From Carpediemonas membranifera BICM (Eukaryota > Protista > Fornicata), in the NCBI GenBank assembly GCA_019828565.1, contig JAHDYR010000012.1:1810946-1872840 (forward strand): a stretch of DNA of 61,895 nt, in the 5' to 3' direction. A program made the position numbers and the translations under genes. The notes under the pieces were generated by a model that made no database searches, had not been told where the DNA came from, and was given only the letters and a program-made list of their open reading frames with translations. Shown in pieces: positions 1 to 11,371 of the stretch (its first letter is position 1; each line of letters begins with the position of its first letter).

Positions 1-123
1 ATGATTGGGCTGAAAGTGGGCATGCATAACGACATCTTAGGGGTGCATGCATGCGTCACATCGCGAGTCATTCAAAGGGCTCGGGGGCGCGGACTGCCCA
101 GTGTAAGGTAGGGAAAATCACAT

Positions 124-714
124 TTATTCAAAGTCATCAACGAATTCAGACTCGGAATGATCAGGATTCGTCGGCTGGGCATCTTTCGTGCACAACTCGT
201 CGAGAAGTGGCAGACGGTCTGAGTCGATGTGCCACTTGCGTGTGTGGTACGACGTATTGTTCATCCGTTTCCAAGCACGAGTTTGGTCGGCCCAAAGACG
301 TGAACAAGTCTTCGGTTTCTTGCCGGGCAAGTAGACTCGGCGGGTGGTGCAGCATGTCGCGTCTCTCTTTGTTGAGAGGACCTTCTTCCCACACAGAAGG
401 CAGATGCGATCACCATCGATTCTCTCTGGGGTGTTGATCCTGATTTTTTCCGCAATGCTGGCCACCTGCTTGGTACATACTGAGACAGTCTGAATCTCAG
501 TTGTCAGATCATTCTCGCTGGGTTGAGGGAGGGGGTTTGGGGGGACAGGAGAGGTGGCGCTGACAACAATCGAATCTTCGAATGCTTTTAGCATGTTGTC
601 GTCGTCCTGCGCTGCGATATAAGGCAGTATCTGCTCGAGGGTGTAAGTTTGGGTTGCATTTCCGCACAACTCAAAGTCATCGGCCTTATTATCACTTCCT
701 AATACAAGGTACAA
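124..714 (-). CDS. Hypothetical protein with Cys/His-rich segment; possible transposon cargo
   Basis: 196-aa ORF with CLLC..CC..C..H segment and acidic C-terminus; tandem with 755-1381, upstream of the IS630 transposase. No family recognised. Confidence 0.4.
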   Translation of the reverse strand: MYLVLGSDNKADDFELCGNATQTYTLEQILPYIAAQDDDNMLKAFEDSIVVSATSPVPPNPLPQPSENDLTTEIQTVSVCTKQVASIAEKIRINTPERIDGDRICLLCGKKVLSTKRDATCCTTRRVYLPGKKPKTCSRLWADQTRAWKRMNNTSYHTRKWHIDSDRLPLLDELCTKDAQPTNPDHSESEFVDDFE

Positions 715-754
715 AATTGGCTAATTTATGCTCGCCGCGTAATTTATGGTGAGA

Positions 755-1381
755 TTAGCGATACATACGTTTAATAAACCGAACATAAGCCCTAGGTGTG
801 ATCTGGACTTGGCGAGTCTTGCGCGCAAGAGATCGAGTGCTGTTGTGCAGCTCTTCAGCGGAGTTCCCGGAGATATGACTAAATTTGCCCAAGTTTTTCT
901 GCGTTTTGTGGCTATCCTTGCATGGATACCATCTCATGGTAAGCTCTACACGTCCATATGCTTCTACACGTACCATTTTGAACTGTGTCTTCCGAGTTTT
1001 CATTAAGTCATCATCATCCACAGTGATGGACAAGTCTTTCTTGTTCATAGGATTCATTGCTGGATTGGAATCGAATATATTCGCTGCTGCTTCGTAGATT
1101 AAGTCGTATATGTCTGCATTTGGCACTTCAATGTCGAACTTCATCGGTCTCACTTTAAAATGCTCACACCTAGTTAGTTTGGGTGGCCCCGTCAGCGCTT
1201 TGTTCTTTGTTTCTTTCTTCTCGGCGCGCTTCTCGACGGCAAGGGTAGTGGCGTCCTTGGACTGCTCAGAGCACAGGGCCTCAAGGAAAGATGCGGGGGT
1301 GGGATCGTCGGCGTGTACGAGCGCGCGCATCACGACTGCGACATCACGTGATGCGATTTTGTCACAGATAAGTAACATCAT
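755..1381 (-). CDS. Hypothetical protein, divergent from the IS630/Tc1 transposase
   Basis: 208-aa ORF with protein-like composition; no recognisable motif. Confidence 0.4.
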   Translation of the reverse strand: MMLLICDKIASRDVAVVMRALVHADDPTPASFLEALCSEQSKDATTLAVEKRAEKKETKNKALTGPPKLTRCEHFKVRPMKFDIEVPNADIYDLIYEAAANIFDSNPAMNPMNKKDLSITVDDDDLMKTRKTQFKMVRVEAYGRVELTMRWYPCKDSHKTQKNLGKFSHISGNSAEELHNSTRSLARKTRQVQITPRAYVRFIKRMYR

Positions 1382-1469
1382 CTCTCTCCTCTGGCGCTGA
1401 TCGAACTCGTCGGGGATCAGCTCTGCGAGGAAACTTCACTCGGTGCGGGACAGAGTTTATCCACCAGAG

Positions 1470-1944
1470 ATGATTGCTTACATCAACGATGTGCGAAAGA
1501 GAGGAACATCAATCATGCATATGGTTCATAAGTGCCAAGAGATCTGGCATCAAGGCTATTGGAACAACATCGCCAAACATTTGCGAGAACACGGAGAGAA
1601 TAGCAAGGATACAAAGCGGAAGAGTGCTCCACAATACCGAGCTGATGAGGTACGAGAGTACCTGAAGAAGCTTCTGCCGCAGACCGACTTCTTTATCGAT
1701 AAACTAGTTGAGATGATCGCCACACAGTTTGGCAGGCGCTATACACGAGCTAGGGTCTGTCAACTCATCCGTGAAACAAACATCACGCAGAAGAAGGCCG
1801 ATACCCTTTGGGCCCTCGCCAGTCACGAGCAAATGCACCAGTTCATGGTGGTCTGCCATAGGATAACCTCTCTCGCTCCTCCGGAAGACGTGTATTGGAT
1901 GGACGAAACACATGTAGACCCTCGCAATACGTGGAGACGCCGAG
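1470..1944 (+). pseudogene. IS630/Tc1-mariner-type transposase, N-terminal part (HTH and first catalytic D), interrupted by a LINE
   Basis: Winged-HTH-like segment (FFIDKLVEMIATQFGRRYTRARVCQLIRETNITQKKA) then VYWMDETH. Frame breaks at the LINE tail at 1945 and resumes at 17619 (RNTWRRRGWSVRGER). Confidence 0.8.
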
Positions 1945-2928
1945 AAATAAATAAAATAAATTTAACGTATCCTGTACACCTGTGTAAATCAGGGAATTAC
2001 CAGTTTGCACCACCCCATGTCCCCGGGAACGCCTTAGCGTGTTGACTTCCCTTCGTGAGCGAGCCTGATACTACGTTGGGGGCGTTAGCACCATCACCGT
2101 CAGGGTCCAGCTGGTAAGGCTGGGTAGTCCCTTGCATGTTGACCTATCAACTGGCTGGCCCGATACCCCCAAAGTCGGGATAACCCAGGTCTTACTCTTG
2201 GGGGTCCTTCGGGCCCCCGTTCTGCCTGGCACCCGCAAGGCCTTGCCCTGCACACCCGCCACCGGGGCCTTCTGCTCGGTTTCCCCTACAGGGCTCCTCT
2301 CAGGGATATGTTCTCCATACCATTCGACCCAGTTTGCAATTTTTCAGGCACCCGCCGAAGCGGTTTCGGGCTTGGCGTTTGCCGTACCACGCAATTGGGC
2401 CAGTTATGAAACCCACCGATCATCGCTGGGTAGCTATATGATTCACGGCTGCGTTCGGGCTCTTCCACACTTTCCGTTCCGGCATGGATCCCCTCCTCAA
2501 GGATTTGTTCCCTATAGGGCTTCTTCCTAGCTTCCGGCTGGTTCCAAGTTTTGGGTGCCGGGCCGTTCGGCGCAGCTCTGATTTGGTCCAGGTGCCGCCC
2601 AGGTGGTATTATTGCCTTATGGTTACCCTCCTGTTTGGCTGCTGCGCCCCGATACCTCGCACGTACGTGTATACATGTGCATACGTGCCCCGCCCTATGG
2701 CTCTGGGTTATTTCTTATACGTGTGAAGAGTGTGCCGGTTCTGCCGGCTGAATGTTGTCTACGTTCCCAGTATGGGTGAGCGTTTGTGTGTTAGCGAGAT
2801 TAGTGTTCGGGGTTGAGTCCCCCTTCCGCGGCTGGGTGCTACCGGGATACGTGGGGCTTGCGTCCCCCGCTGATCCCAGGAGCGCTCCGCTTCGGTTGAG
2901 GCGGGGGGTTGGGTCCCAGTTTGACCCT

Positions 2929-3053
2929 TGTGGCAGTGTGCCAATCAAATATTTTATTTGATTGGCGATTCGATCCGCCATTCCGGTCGACACTGTTGTG
3001 TCGACTTCTCTTTGACTAAAGCACCAAGTTGTTTTTCCGTCCTCTCGAGCACA
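2929..3053 (+). repeat. 5' LTR of Gypsy-1
   Basis: Identical to 7261-7385; contains hairpins GCCAATCAAAT..ATTTGATTGGC and GTCGACAC..GTGTCGAC. Confidence 0.95.
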
Positions 3054-3071
3054 GTATTAATACTCTCCATC

Positions 3072-4500
3072 ATGGTGTTGCCTACTCCCATAGAGCAGCC
3101 CAGTATCCCCTTGGCCGGTCTTTCCGCCGACTCCTGGCGGGCCGCCAAACGCTCATTCAGAAAGTTCCAGGTATACTACCCCGAGGCCAAGATCTCCCTG
3201 TTTTTAGACGACGACCTCTACAACGCCCTCGAGCTCCAGTTCGATGCCGATCTGGACACGCTCACTGACGAAGAGGTGGGTCACCTCATCGAGCGTCTGA
3301 TCGCTCCAAGAGACCTACTCTCACTCAAGGAACGTCTCGATAAGATTGTCTGTGCCGTGGACGCAACGCACAAGAAGTCTAGAATCGTTCTAGTCCGAGA
3401 CTATATCCACCGCTTCAACGAGGTTTTTAACCTGCACACCGTACTACAACGTGATGACGACAACGACTCCGACTCCGAATCCGACAGCAGCTCCGACAGC
3501 GACTACGAAGAAGCAGCCATCGTCCCTGTAAGGCACGTCGACGGTGATGCCCCTGATGACGACGATCCCGATCCTCAATCCCCCTCAGGCTTTCTGAAAG
3601 ACTGTATGAGGATCTTCACCGACAACCTACGTCCGAAGCCCTTCAAGGAGGTCATGAAGTTCAAGAAGGCTGAACGCAAGCCCACCGCCATGGATGATCT
3701 CCAGCGCCTTGCCCTCCGCGTTGCCAAACGCGACGACAACGCCCGCGAGGAGGCTCTCCGCTACGGCTACTACGCCCAGAGCTCCACTCCAGCCAACAAT
3801 AACGGCAACACCGGGCCCTCGGGTGACAACACCCGGCAGCCGGCACGCCCCTGTCGCCACTGTCAGGGCAACCACTTCGACCGAGATTGCCCCTCTCGTC
3901 AGTCACGTGGTCCCCAGACACAGGTCAACTTCGCGAAAAGCCGCGGAGCCGACGCCCTTAAGGTGCCCGCCTCATGCGGCACGTCCCACTTCCAAGCCAT
4001 CATTGACACGGGCGCAGCAATCTCATGCACGAGTGATCGTTACGCAAAGATATGGCAGCTCCCCCGCACCAGCATCGACCCCGTGTCGGTCACTCTCGCC
4101 GACGGCAGCTCAATCACCGTCAATCAGGCCGTAGATGCGCCCATCCTCTTCACAGGCCTCGCCGGATTCCCTGTCGCTGTCTCCGTCCGTTTCATCATCC
4201 TCCCTGGCCGCCAGTGTCCTCTAATCGGGTGCGACACTCTCAGAGACCTCGGCGTTCTCACTTCAGACGGCCTATCGCTTGGGCTCACACACTCTACGCC
4301 AGCGGCTGACGACGTCGTCCTCCCAGTGTTCTCGGTGTCCGGATCAAGGCTACAGTCAGCCCTTGCAGACTACCGCTCGGGCTGGCAGTCAGTCCAAATA
4401 CCCTCGGACGAGCTCCGCTCTCGCGTCGTGCCACTTCTGCGAGAGTTCTCAGACATCTTCGAGCCGCTCGGTCCTGAACCGGCCAACGTTCCCCCATGGT
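3072..4500 (+). CDS. gag: Gypsy-1 Gag and aspartic protease
   Basis: CCHC knuckle CRHCQGNHFDRDC; protease motif AIIDTGA; LIGCDTL flap-end motif. Confidence 0.9.
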
Positions 4501-7032
4501 CTTGCACGTCAAGGACGATACCCTCGTGCAGATTAAGCCGCGCCGCCTCTCGCCTGATAACAGGAAGAAGACGAAGGAGATCGTAGCGGAGCTCGCCCAG
4601 AATGGCATCGTCACTCCCTCCAAAGGCCCTTTCGCCTCACCTATCGTCCTCGTCAAGCAGAAAGACAAGACACGCATGTGCGTCGACTACTCGGAGCTGA
4701 ACAAGCACCTCGTGGAGGATCACTTCCCGCTACCTAACATCAGAGAGTTTCTGATGTCCATGCGCGGCGCGAAGTGGTTCGCTGCTCTTGACCTCGTCAA
4801 GGGATATCACCAGCTTCCCCTCCACGAAGATTCACAAGCCCTCTCCGCCTTTGTCACGCCAGACGACTACCTAAAGTACACCCGCGTCCCGTTCGGCCTT
4901 GCCTCGGCGCCCTCGTACTTCCAGCGTACCATCCAGGCTGTCATAGCACCCGCCATTGCCACCGGCCGCTGCAAGGCGTACCTCGACGACATCCTCGAGG
5001 CCGCCCACTCAGATGACACGTTCATCGACGACCTGCGCACCATATTCATGGCCTTGCGGGAGCATAACCTCAAGCTCTCGCCCGCAAAATGCGTCATCGG
5101 CGCCTCCGAGGTCAGATCGGTCGGCTTTATCGTCGACCGAAATGGCATACATGTCGACCCCGACCGCATCCAGGCCATCGTCAGCCTCAGGCCCCCCGGG
5201 ACCAGTCTGAGTTGAAGTCAATCCTCGGAAAGATCAACTACATCGCACAGTTCCTGCCTGACGCCACCAAGTCACTCGCCACACTCAACCGGTCACTCAG
5301 AGCCGGCGAGTTCGTCTTCGGCGAGGAACAACTGACTGCTTTTGACGACATCAAGTCCCAGTTGGCGCTTCACATCAGCCTAACATACCCAGACCTCGAT
5401 AGACCCTGGCACATTTACACCGACGCTTCATCACTTGGCGAAGGAGGCGTGCTAATACAAGATGAGGAGGACGGTACTCGCTCAATTCTGGCCTGTTTCC
5501 AGAAGACCTACGACAAGACCATGTCGAATTGGTCAACATACGAACAAGAGTTGCATGCCGTGATCTCTGTCCTCACCAACAAGGTCTTCGAACCCCTCTT
5601 CCAGATCAAGTCTGACCTACATGTCCACACCGACCATAGCAACCTCGTCCAACTCAGACGGAAGGCCCCGACTGTCAAAAAGCTTCTCCGCTGGGCCCTA
5701 CGACTATCCGAGTTTCGCTTCACCATTCAGCACGTCCGTGGCGTCGACAACGTCATTGCAGACGTCCTCTCCCGGATCCTCCCCGACGCGCCTGTAGTCA
5801 ACGCTGTCGTCCAAGAGCCTCACTTCGACAAGTTCTCCGCCGTCCACAATGACGCGGTCGGACACTTCGGCGTCGACGAGTGCATTCGCCGTGTCAAAGC
5901 CGCCAAGACCACGTGGCCTGGCATGTACAAAGACATCAGACGCTGGATCAAGGCCTGCCCCCACTGCCAGCTGCATGCCCCTGCCAGAGAGTGCCCCATC
6001 GCGTATCACCCATCCTCCTCGGACGCTCCTTTCCACAGAGTTCAGGTCGACACTCTTGGGCCCCTACCCACCACGCCGTCGGGAAACTCCTACATCATCT
6101 CGATCGTGGACACCTTCTCCAGGTACATCAGACTGTTCCCAGCCACGTCCACTGACGCCCTCGCGGCCGCTCGCGCACTTTATGCTTACTGCGGTGCCTA
6201 CGGCGTACCTCGCGAGATCCAGTCCGACAACGGCTCGCAGTTCACAGCGAAGCTAATAGATGAGCTTACATGCGCACTCTCGTTGAATCACCGCTTTTCC
6301 GCCCCTTACAGCCCACAGTCCAACGGCATTGTGGAAAGGTACAACTTCGAGATCGAAAAGATCATCAAGCCCGCTACGATGCAACCCTGGGACGAACATC
6401 TGCCCTCTGTCGAGCTTATCCTCAATTCCAAGCAGGTTTCGTCCACCAAGGCCTCTCCTCTGGACATCCTCTTCCCATTCACCGAAGGGAAGGCCGATCC
6501 TTCGCGCCTAAAGGCCGCCCGCGAAGCCCTCGCTCGCTACGCCGCCAAGAAGGCTGCAATTCCCACCAATGTGCCCCCCACGCACGAGCCCGGCTCTCTC
6601 GTACTCCTCCTTCGCCCGAAGTCCGCCAAGATCGAGGCAAACTGGCGCGGTCCGTTCAGATATCTGCGCCGCGGTGACCACACGTCGTCGTCGATCATCC
6701 AACACATCACGACCGATAAGACCATGGAAGTTTCCGACCGCCGCATCAAGGCCTGGACTGGCTCCACGGACCTCGACGAGCTCAAGACCCTAGTCGCCGA
6801 GCAAGAGGGGGAGTACGCCGTAGACCACATCGTCTCGGCCCGTCGTCCAGCGAGATCGAAGACCATATACCTCCTAGTCCACTGGGCCGGGTGCGAGTCA
6901 GTAGAGGATTCGGAGGTCACGCTCAACGCTGAGACAGCCCAGATGGCCGCTCTCGACGACTTTCTCAACGTCAGCCCTTCATGGAGACAGCCAGTCGAGG
7001 CCGCCTGCCGCCGCAATGGCTGGCAACTCTAA
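4496..7032 (+). CDS. pol: Gypsy-1 Pol (RT, RNase H, integrase, chromodomain); frameshift near 5200
   Basis: RT motifs RMCVDY, LDLVKGYHQ, PFGL, YLDD; RNase H YTDAS and EQELHA; integrase HHCC, SDNG, NGIVER; WRGPF; chromo-like tail YAVDHIV..LLVHWAG. Confidence 0.92.
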
Positions 7033-7260
7033 GCTACTGTCAAGGCAGGACATTGGTTCAGCGTCCTGCCCAAACAAATAAACGATCCGTGCTAGTACAA
7101 GTTGTCTCTACTCTCCCACCCGTCAGAGCCTTGAGGGAAGGTGTGCCCGGCCAAGATGTCCGCCCGTGTCCTGCTGCAGGACCCGCTGTGCGCCTGTCGC
7201 CAGGCGGAAATGAGCTTTGACCGCTCTTGAAGGTCTCGGGCTCCGCCTCTGGGGAGGTAG

Positions 7261-7385
7261 TGTGGCAGTGTGCCAATCAAATATTTTATTTGATTGGCGA
7301 TTCGATCCGCCATTCCGGTCGACACTGTTGTGTCGACTTCTCTTTGACTAAAGCACCAAGTTGTTTTTCCGTCCTCTCGAGCACA
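7261..7385 (+). repeat. 3' LTR of Gypsy-1
   Basis: Identical to 2929-3053; preceded by PPT and followed by TSD CCCT. Confidence 0.95.
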
Positions 7386-7424
7386 CCCTGGTCCCAGAGG
7401 TCATAGGATTCTGGGATGGTGTAC

Positions 7425-10400
7425 TTACCCGTCTTTCCGGAGGTTCAGAAGGGCACGTCTGCCGTTCTGCAGTCCCTCTCTGACGGTATGGTCCTCGCTG
7501 CGGAGGAGCCAGAGCATTTCCAGGATTGCCCTTGAGTTGTACCACTCCGCCTCCTGCCCTTGCCTTAGGGCGTGGTACTGTGTGCGTAGATGCGCCTCCG
7601 CCAGGATGTCATTCCATCCTTCTGGGCGTTCTACCGCCTTGCATTGGCAGATGATGTGGCTTTGTGTTCCCAGGGGCTGGTTGTATGCCCATTCTGAGAG
7701 GATTTTGGTGGTTTCCGCCGCGGTTCTGGTGACAGTGTACAGGCGAGTAATGGTGTCACCTTCTGAGTCCAGGGTACATAGGGGGCAACACCGCTTGATC
7801 CTGCTCAGGAGGGCCTGGGGCTGGCCGATCGCGCTCCCAAGTATGGCTCTGCTTCTGCCACTGTTGCTGGGGGAGGGGAGTGTGTTGGATGCAGTCATGA
7901 TTACTCTCTTGACTTCCCGTCTGGTTATCATCTCACCCTTGATCATTCCTGGTTTCTTGGGTCTCTTCCCTTGCTGCATGCTGAGGATGACTTCCGGGGC
8001 TAGTACTGTTGCCACCCCTTTGGCCGTTCGGCTCCCCGGTGTGCAGTAGTTCTTCTGCTGTGAGGGTCCAGCCTCCCCTCTTTGCTCTTTTCCCTGGCGG
8101 GCATCTCCTCCTGTGTGCCCTGGAGGACGCTCCGTCGCCATTGGTAGAGGCGATGTAAGACCGATCCTCTCTCCGCTGTCGCCCAGTCCAGATTCCCTAG
8201 GGGGTCGGACGGTCCGGGTCGTGCGCAGACTCATAGAGCCTCACCGCTCTCTGCCCCATATCTGCCTCCCAGCACATCCATCCCATTAGTACACGGGCGG
8301 CTCCTCCTCCCCCTGGTCCTGTGCCTGCCATTAGGCCGCGCCAGTTGTTCCAGATGGCTCTTCCCCTGGCACTTGGCCCCCAGATCTCGATCCCGAACTC
8401 GATCTTGGGCCAGAGGAAGGTTCTGAGGATGGATTCCGAGGTGGCGGCCGGGGTGGATCCTTTGGTCCACCCTGCTCTCCTTGCCAGGGCTAGGTATTTC
8501 CGGGATTGTGACGTCTTCATTTTGATGCATGCTGCCAACGGATTCTTCCCGCTGGCTAGCCAGAGTCCCAGATACCTTGCTGAGTCTGACGCCAGTGTGG
8601 GAGTTCCTTGGATGCTGACCGCTGCAGTTACGTCGGTACTTATCACCACACTTTTGCCTGGGCTGGTCTGGAGTCCATGGGCTTCAATTACCCCTGACCA
8701 CTGCGTCTGTGCCTTCTTCGGCGAGCTGCGGGGTCTCGGATGAGATGCTTGTATCATCTACAAACATTGCAATGAGGCAGTTTTTGGGCCTATCGTCCGT
8801 TGGAGGGAGGCAGGGGTCCGGGATCTCTCTATGCCGGAGGTACAGTGCCGCCTGGCTTAGCCAGTTAGCTGTGAAGAGAATGAACAGAGTGGGGGCCACC
8901 ACACATCCTTGCTTGACCCCCATGTTTGTTCTGGACCATGTGCTTGCCCCTCGTACCGAGATGTACGTTTCTGTAAGTGTATTTCGGATGGCCCTCGTCA
9001 GTCTTGGGTGTACCCCCATGAGCGTCAACTTGTTCACCAGCAGGTCCCTTGGGACCGTATCATATGCTTTTGCTATGTCAAGTAGGACGCTGGTACGGTT
9101 TCCGGACTGGTGGAGTTGGGCTAGGAGGGCTATGTGATCCACTACAGTTTTCCCTTTCATGAACCCAACTTGCTCTCTGGGGATGAACTTCTCCACCGTC
9201 GGCCTGAGGCGCCATTTCAGTATCCTCCCGTAGGCTCTGTATAGGAGGGGGGTGAGGGAGATCGGTCTGTACGAGCTGGGCGTGAGCTTGTCCTTCCCAA
9301 CCTTGTGGATAGGCGACACCGCTGCATACTTCCATGTGGTTGGCATGGTCCCGCTGTCGTATACTTTCGCGAGCAGGACTGTGATTGCCTCGTACGCTGA
9401 TTCGGGGAGGTCCCTCAGACAATCTCCAATAATCCCGTCCGGGCCTCCGGCCGAGGACTTCCTTATGGACTTGACCGCCGCTGTCACTTCTTCAAGCGAT
9501 GGCGGATGGTCCTCCATGTCCGTTTCCGGCTCGGTTTCCCAGGTGGGTTCCCAGGTGGGTTCCTTCCCGGAGCTTACCTTCGCGTACTGCTCCTGGAGGG
9601 AGTCTGCAATCTCCCTCTGCCTTGCTAGAATCTTGTTTCCAGCCTTCAGCATCACCGGGAGACCGGCGTGCTGCTTCTCGTTCCAGAAGCGGAACACTTG
9701 GTTTGCGAGGATCCTTTTTGTCGTTTTGTACCCATCACGGGATCCAACCTCAACCTGCTCATTCCAGTCATGTTGGAAGGTCCTCCATGATCTGCTCAGT
9801 GCTCCGTTGAGGGACTTTTTGATATCTTTGGCGGCGGTTTTGCTCCAGGTGGAGGCTTTGGCCAGCCGTTCCCATACCTCACTAGGGATACGTTCCTGGT
9901 TTTCTACAGCGAATGGGTGCCTTCTGGAGGTAGCAAACCCGGTGGACAACCATTTCCTTATGAGAGTCTCCATCTCGTCCACTGGTATTTTGCTGTCTAG
10001 TGGTGGCCACTCTTCTAGCTTGGGCCCTGTTCTCCTGGGTTTGACCAGCCACGTATCGATCCGTGGGATTTCCAGTCTCTTTGATATCTCTGGTTTCCCT
10101 GTCGGGTTGCTATCCCAGGTGAGCTCTATGGCTTTTGTGTGCCGACCCCCAGTGCCCGATTGTGGTCTTGTCTATTACCCTAACAACCGGGTTTTGGATA
10201 CCCCCTGTTACCGCTGCATAGTCTATTGTGGACGTTCGGGAGTTAGTCCCGTACGTCGGTGCAGTTGGTGCTATTGGGGTGAGGTTCCATCGCTGGAGGG
10301 TCATCGCAGTTGCTTGCCTGAGTTTCCCTGGCCTCCTGTTCCAGTCCCCGATGATGATGATGTCACACCCCTCATAGTTCGCGACGGTTTGCTCTAGCAT

Positions 10401-10799
10401 CCGGTCGAACTCCTCAATCTCGGGTCGTGCACATCCACTATCGGGAGCGTAGATATTGATGACTGCCGTGGCCCTCGATGCTTTGAGGATGCTTACTTGG
10501 ATTCGTGGGTTCGTCCCGTCGGACACGCCTACGTCCCATTCCGCTTTGGAGTGCGGGCTAATCAGTGTGGCCAGTCCCTTTGTGGGTCGCTTGCGCGTTG
10601 CCTCTAATGGCTTGACCTCTCCTGCACAGGCGTACTGGAGATCTACCCAGCAAGGGATGGTGGTATTACCGTACCGCTTGGTTTCCTGGAGGAGGATCGC
10701 ATCAGTCCTTATCCTCTTGCGGATGGATAAAGCTATGGATCCGCTGTAATCGTTTGCGCCCGCTAGGTGCCCTTCGCTGTTTAGCGATATTATTCTCAT
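7425..10799 (-). CDS. LINE-A ORF2: AP endonuclease, reverse transcriptase and C-terminal CCHC (several frameshifts)
   Basis: APE motifs ISLN, LLQET, INIYAP, GDWN, PTY..STIDY; RT motifs YRPISL, LDIAKAYDTV, GVKQG, MFVDD, RYLG; CPLC..HIICQC. Confidence 0.92.
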
Positions 10800-11371
10800 T
10801 CAGGTTGTTCTGACATAAACTGCGGGAGTTACCCTGCGCGCACTAATCTGCTCTTTGTAGACATTCCCTTTTTGGGCGTACCTTTTGGTGGGTTGCTGAG
10901 GCCTCTAACCGAGCAGTCGTTTCCTTTTTGGGCAGGCTTGTGCCTGTATTCCCTTAGTTCCCGGCCTAGGGCATACCATTCCCTTTCACAGTCGGGGCCT
11001 CACGATGCTTGTCGGCATTGCTGCCGGTCTCCGCTTAGCTTCCTTCCTCGCCGCATGGCAGAACCATTACCTAACGAGCTTAGGTGGGAGCGACAGTGGT
11101 TGTTGCCCCTCCCAAGGCTGGAGTTACAGCCTGCCGGACAGGCAGGGCTCTTTTTACCTTTTGGTAACCCTGCCCCCGGCCCTGTGGGGCACAGGGGTTT
11201 GTTGAAAAAGAATGTGTTGCATTTTTGCTCCCGCCGGAATGGTTCGCCGGTGTCCATTTGGACTTTAAGGCCCTACTAGTCACAGCCTGGCCATACATGC
11301 TGGTTCATATATACACTTTTAGCTCAGACTTATATCACACTACCCTCTGCACCTCTTACTTATGATTGTTT

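Larger units (their letters stand above)
2929..7385 (+). mobile_element. Ty3/gypsy chromovirus-type LTR retrotransposon (Gypsy-1), nested in the LINE-A 3' UTR
   Basis: Identical 125-bp TG..CA LTRs (2929-3053, 7261-7385); 4-bp TSD CCCT; PPT GGGGAGGTAG at 7251-7260; order gag-PR-RT-RH-IN-chromo. Confidence 0.97.

Noticed and set aside
3054-3071. Conventional tRNA PBS or Tf1-type pairing with the transcript 5' end
   Set aside because: No TGG start after any 5' LTR and no complementary copy of the motif within the LTRs.
4490-5215. Programmed ribosomal frameshifting in Gypsy-1 pol
   Set aside because: The shifts lie at or beside C/G homopolymers, one inside RT. Similar 1-nt indels disrupt the housekeeping PUS3 gene and the kinase, so assembly error or decay is more likely.
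9252-10397. Long antisense ORFs over LINE, gypsy and host genes (for example 9252-10397, 23098-23967, 26875-27591)
   Set aside because: Shadow frames of GC-rich coding sequence on the opposite strand, with no independent motifs.
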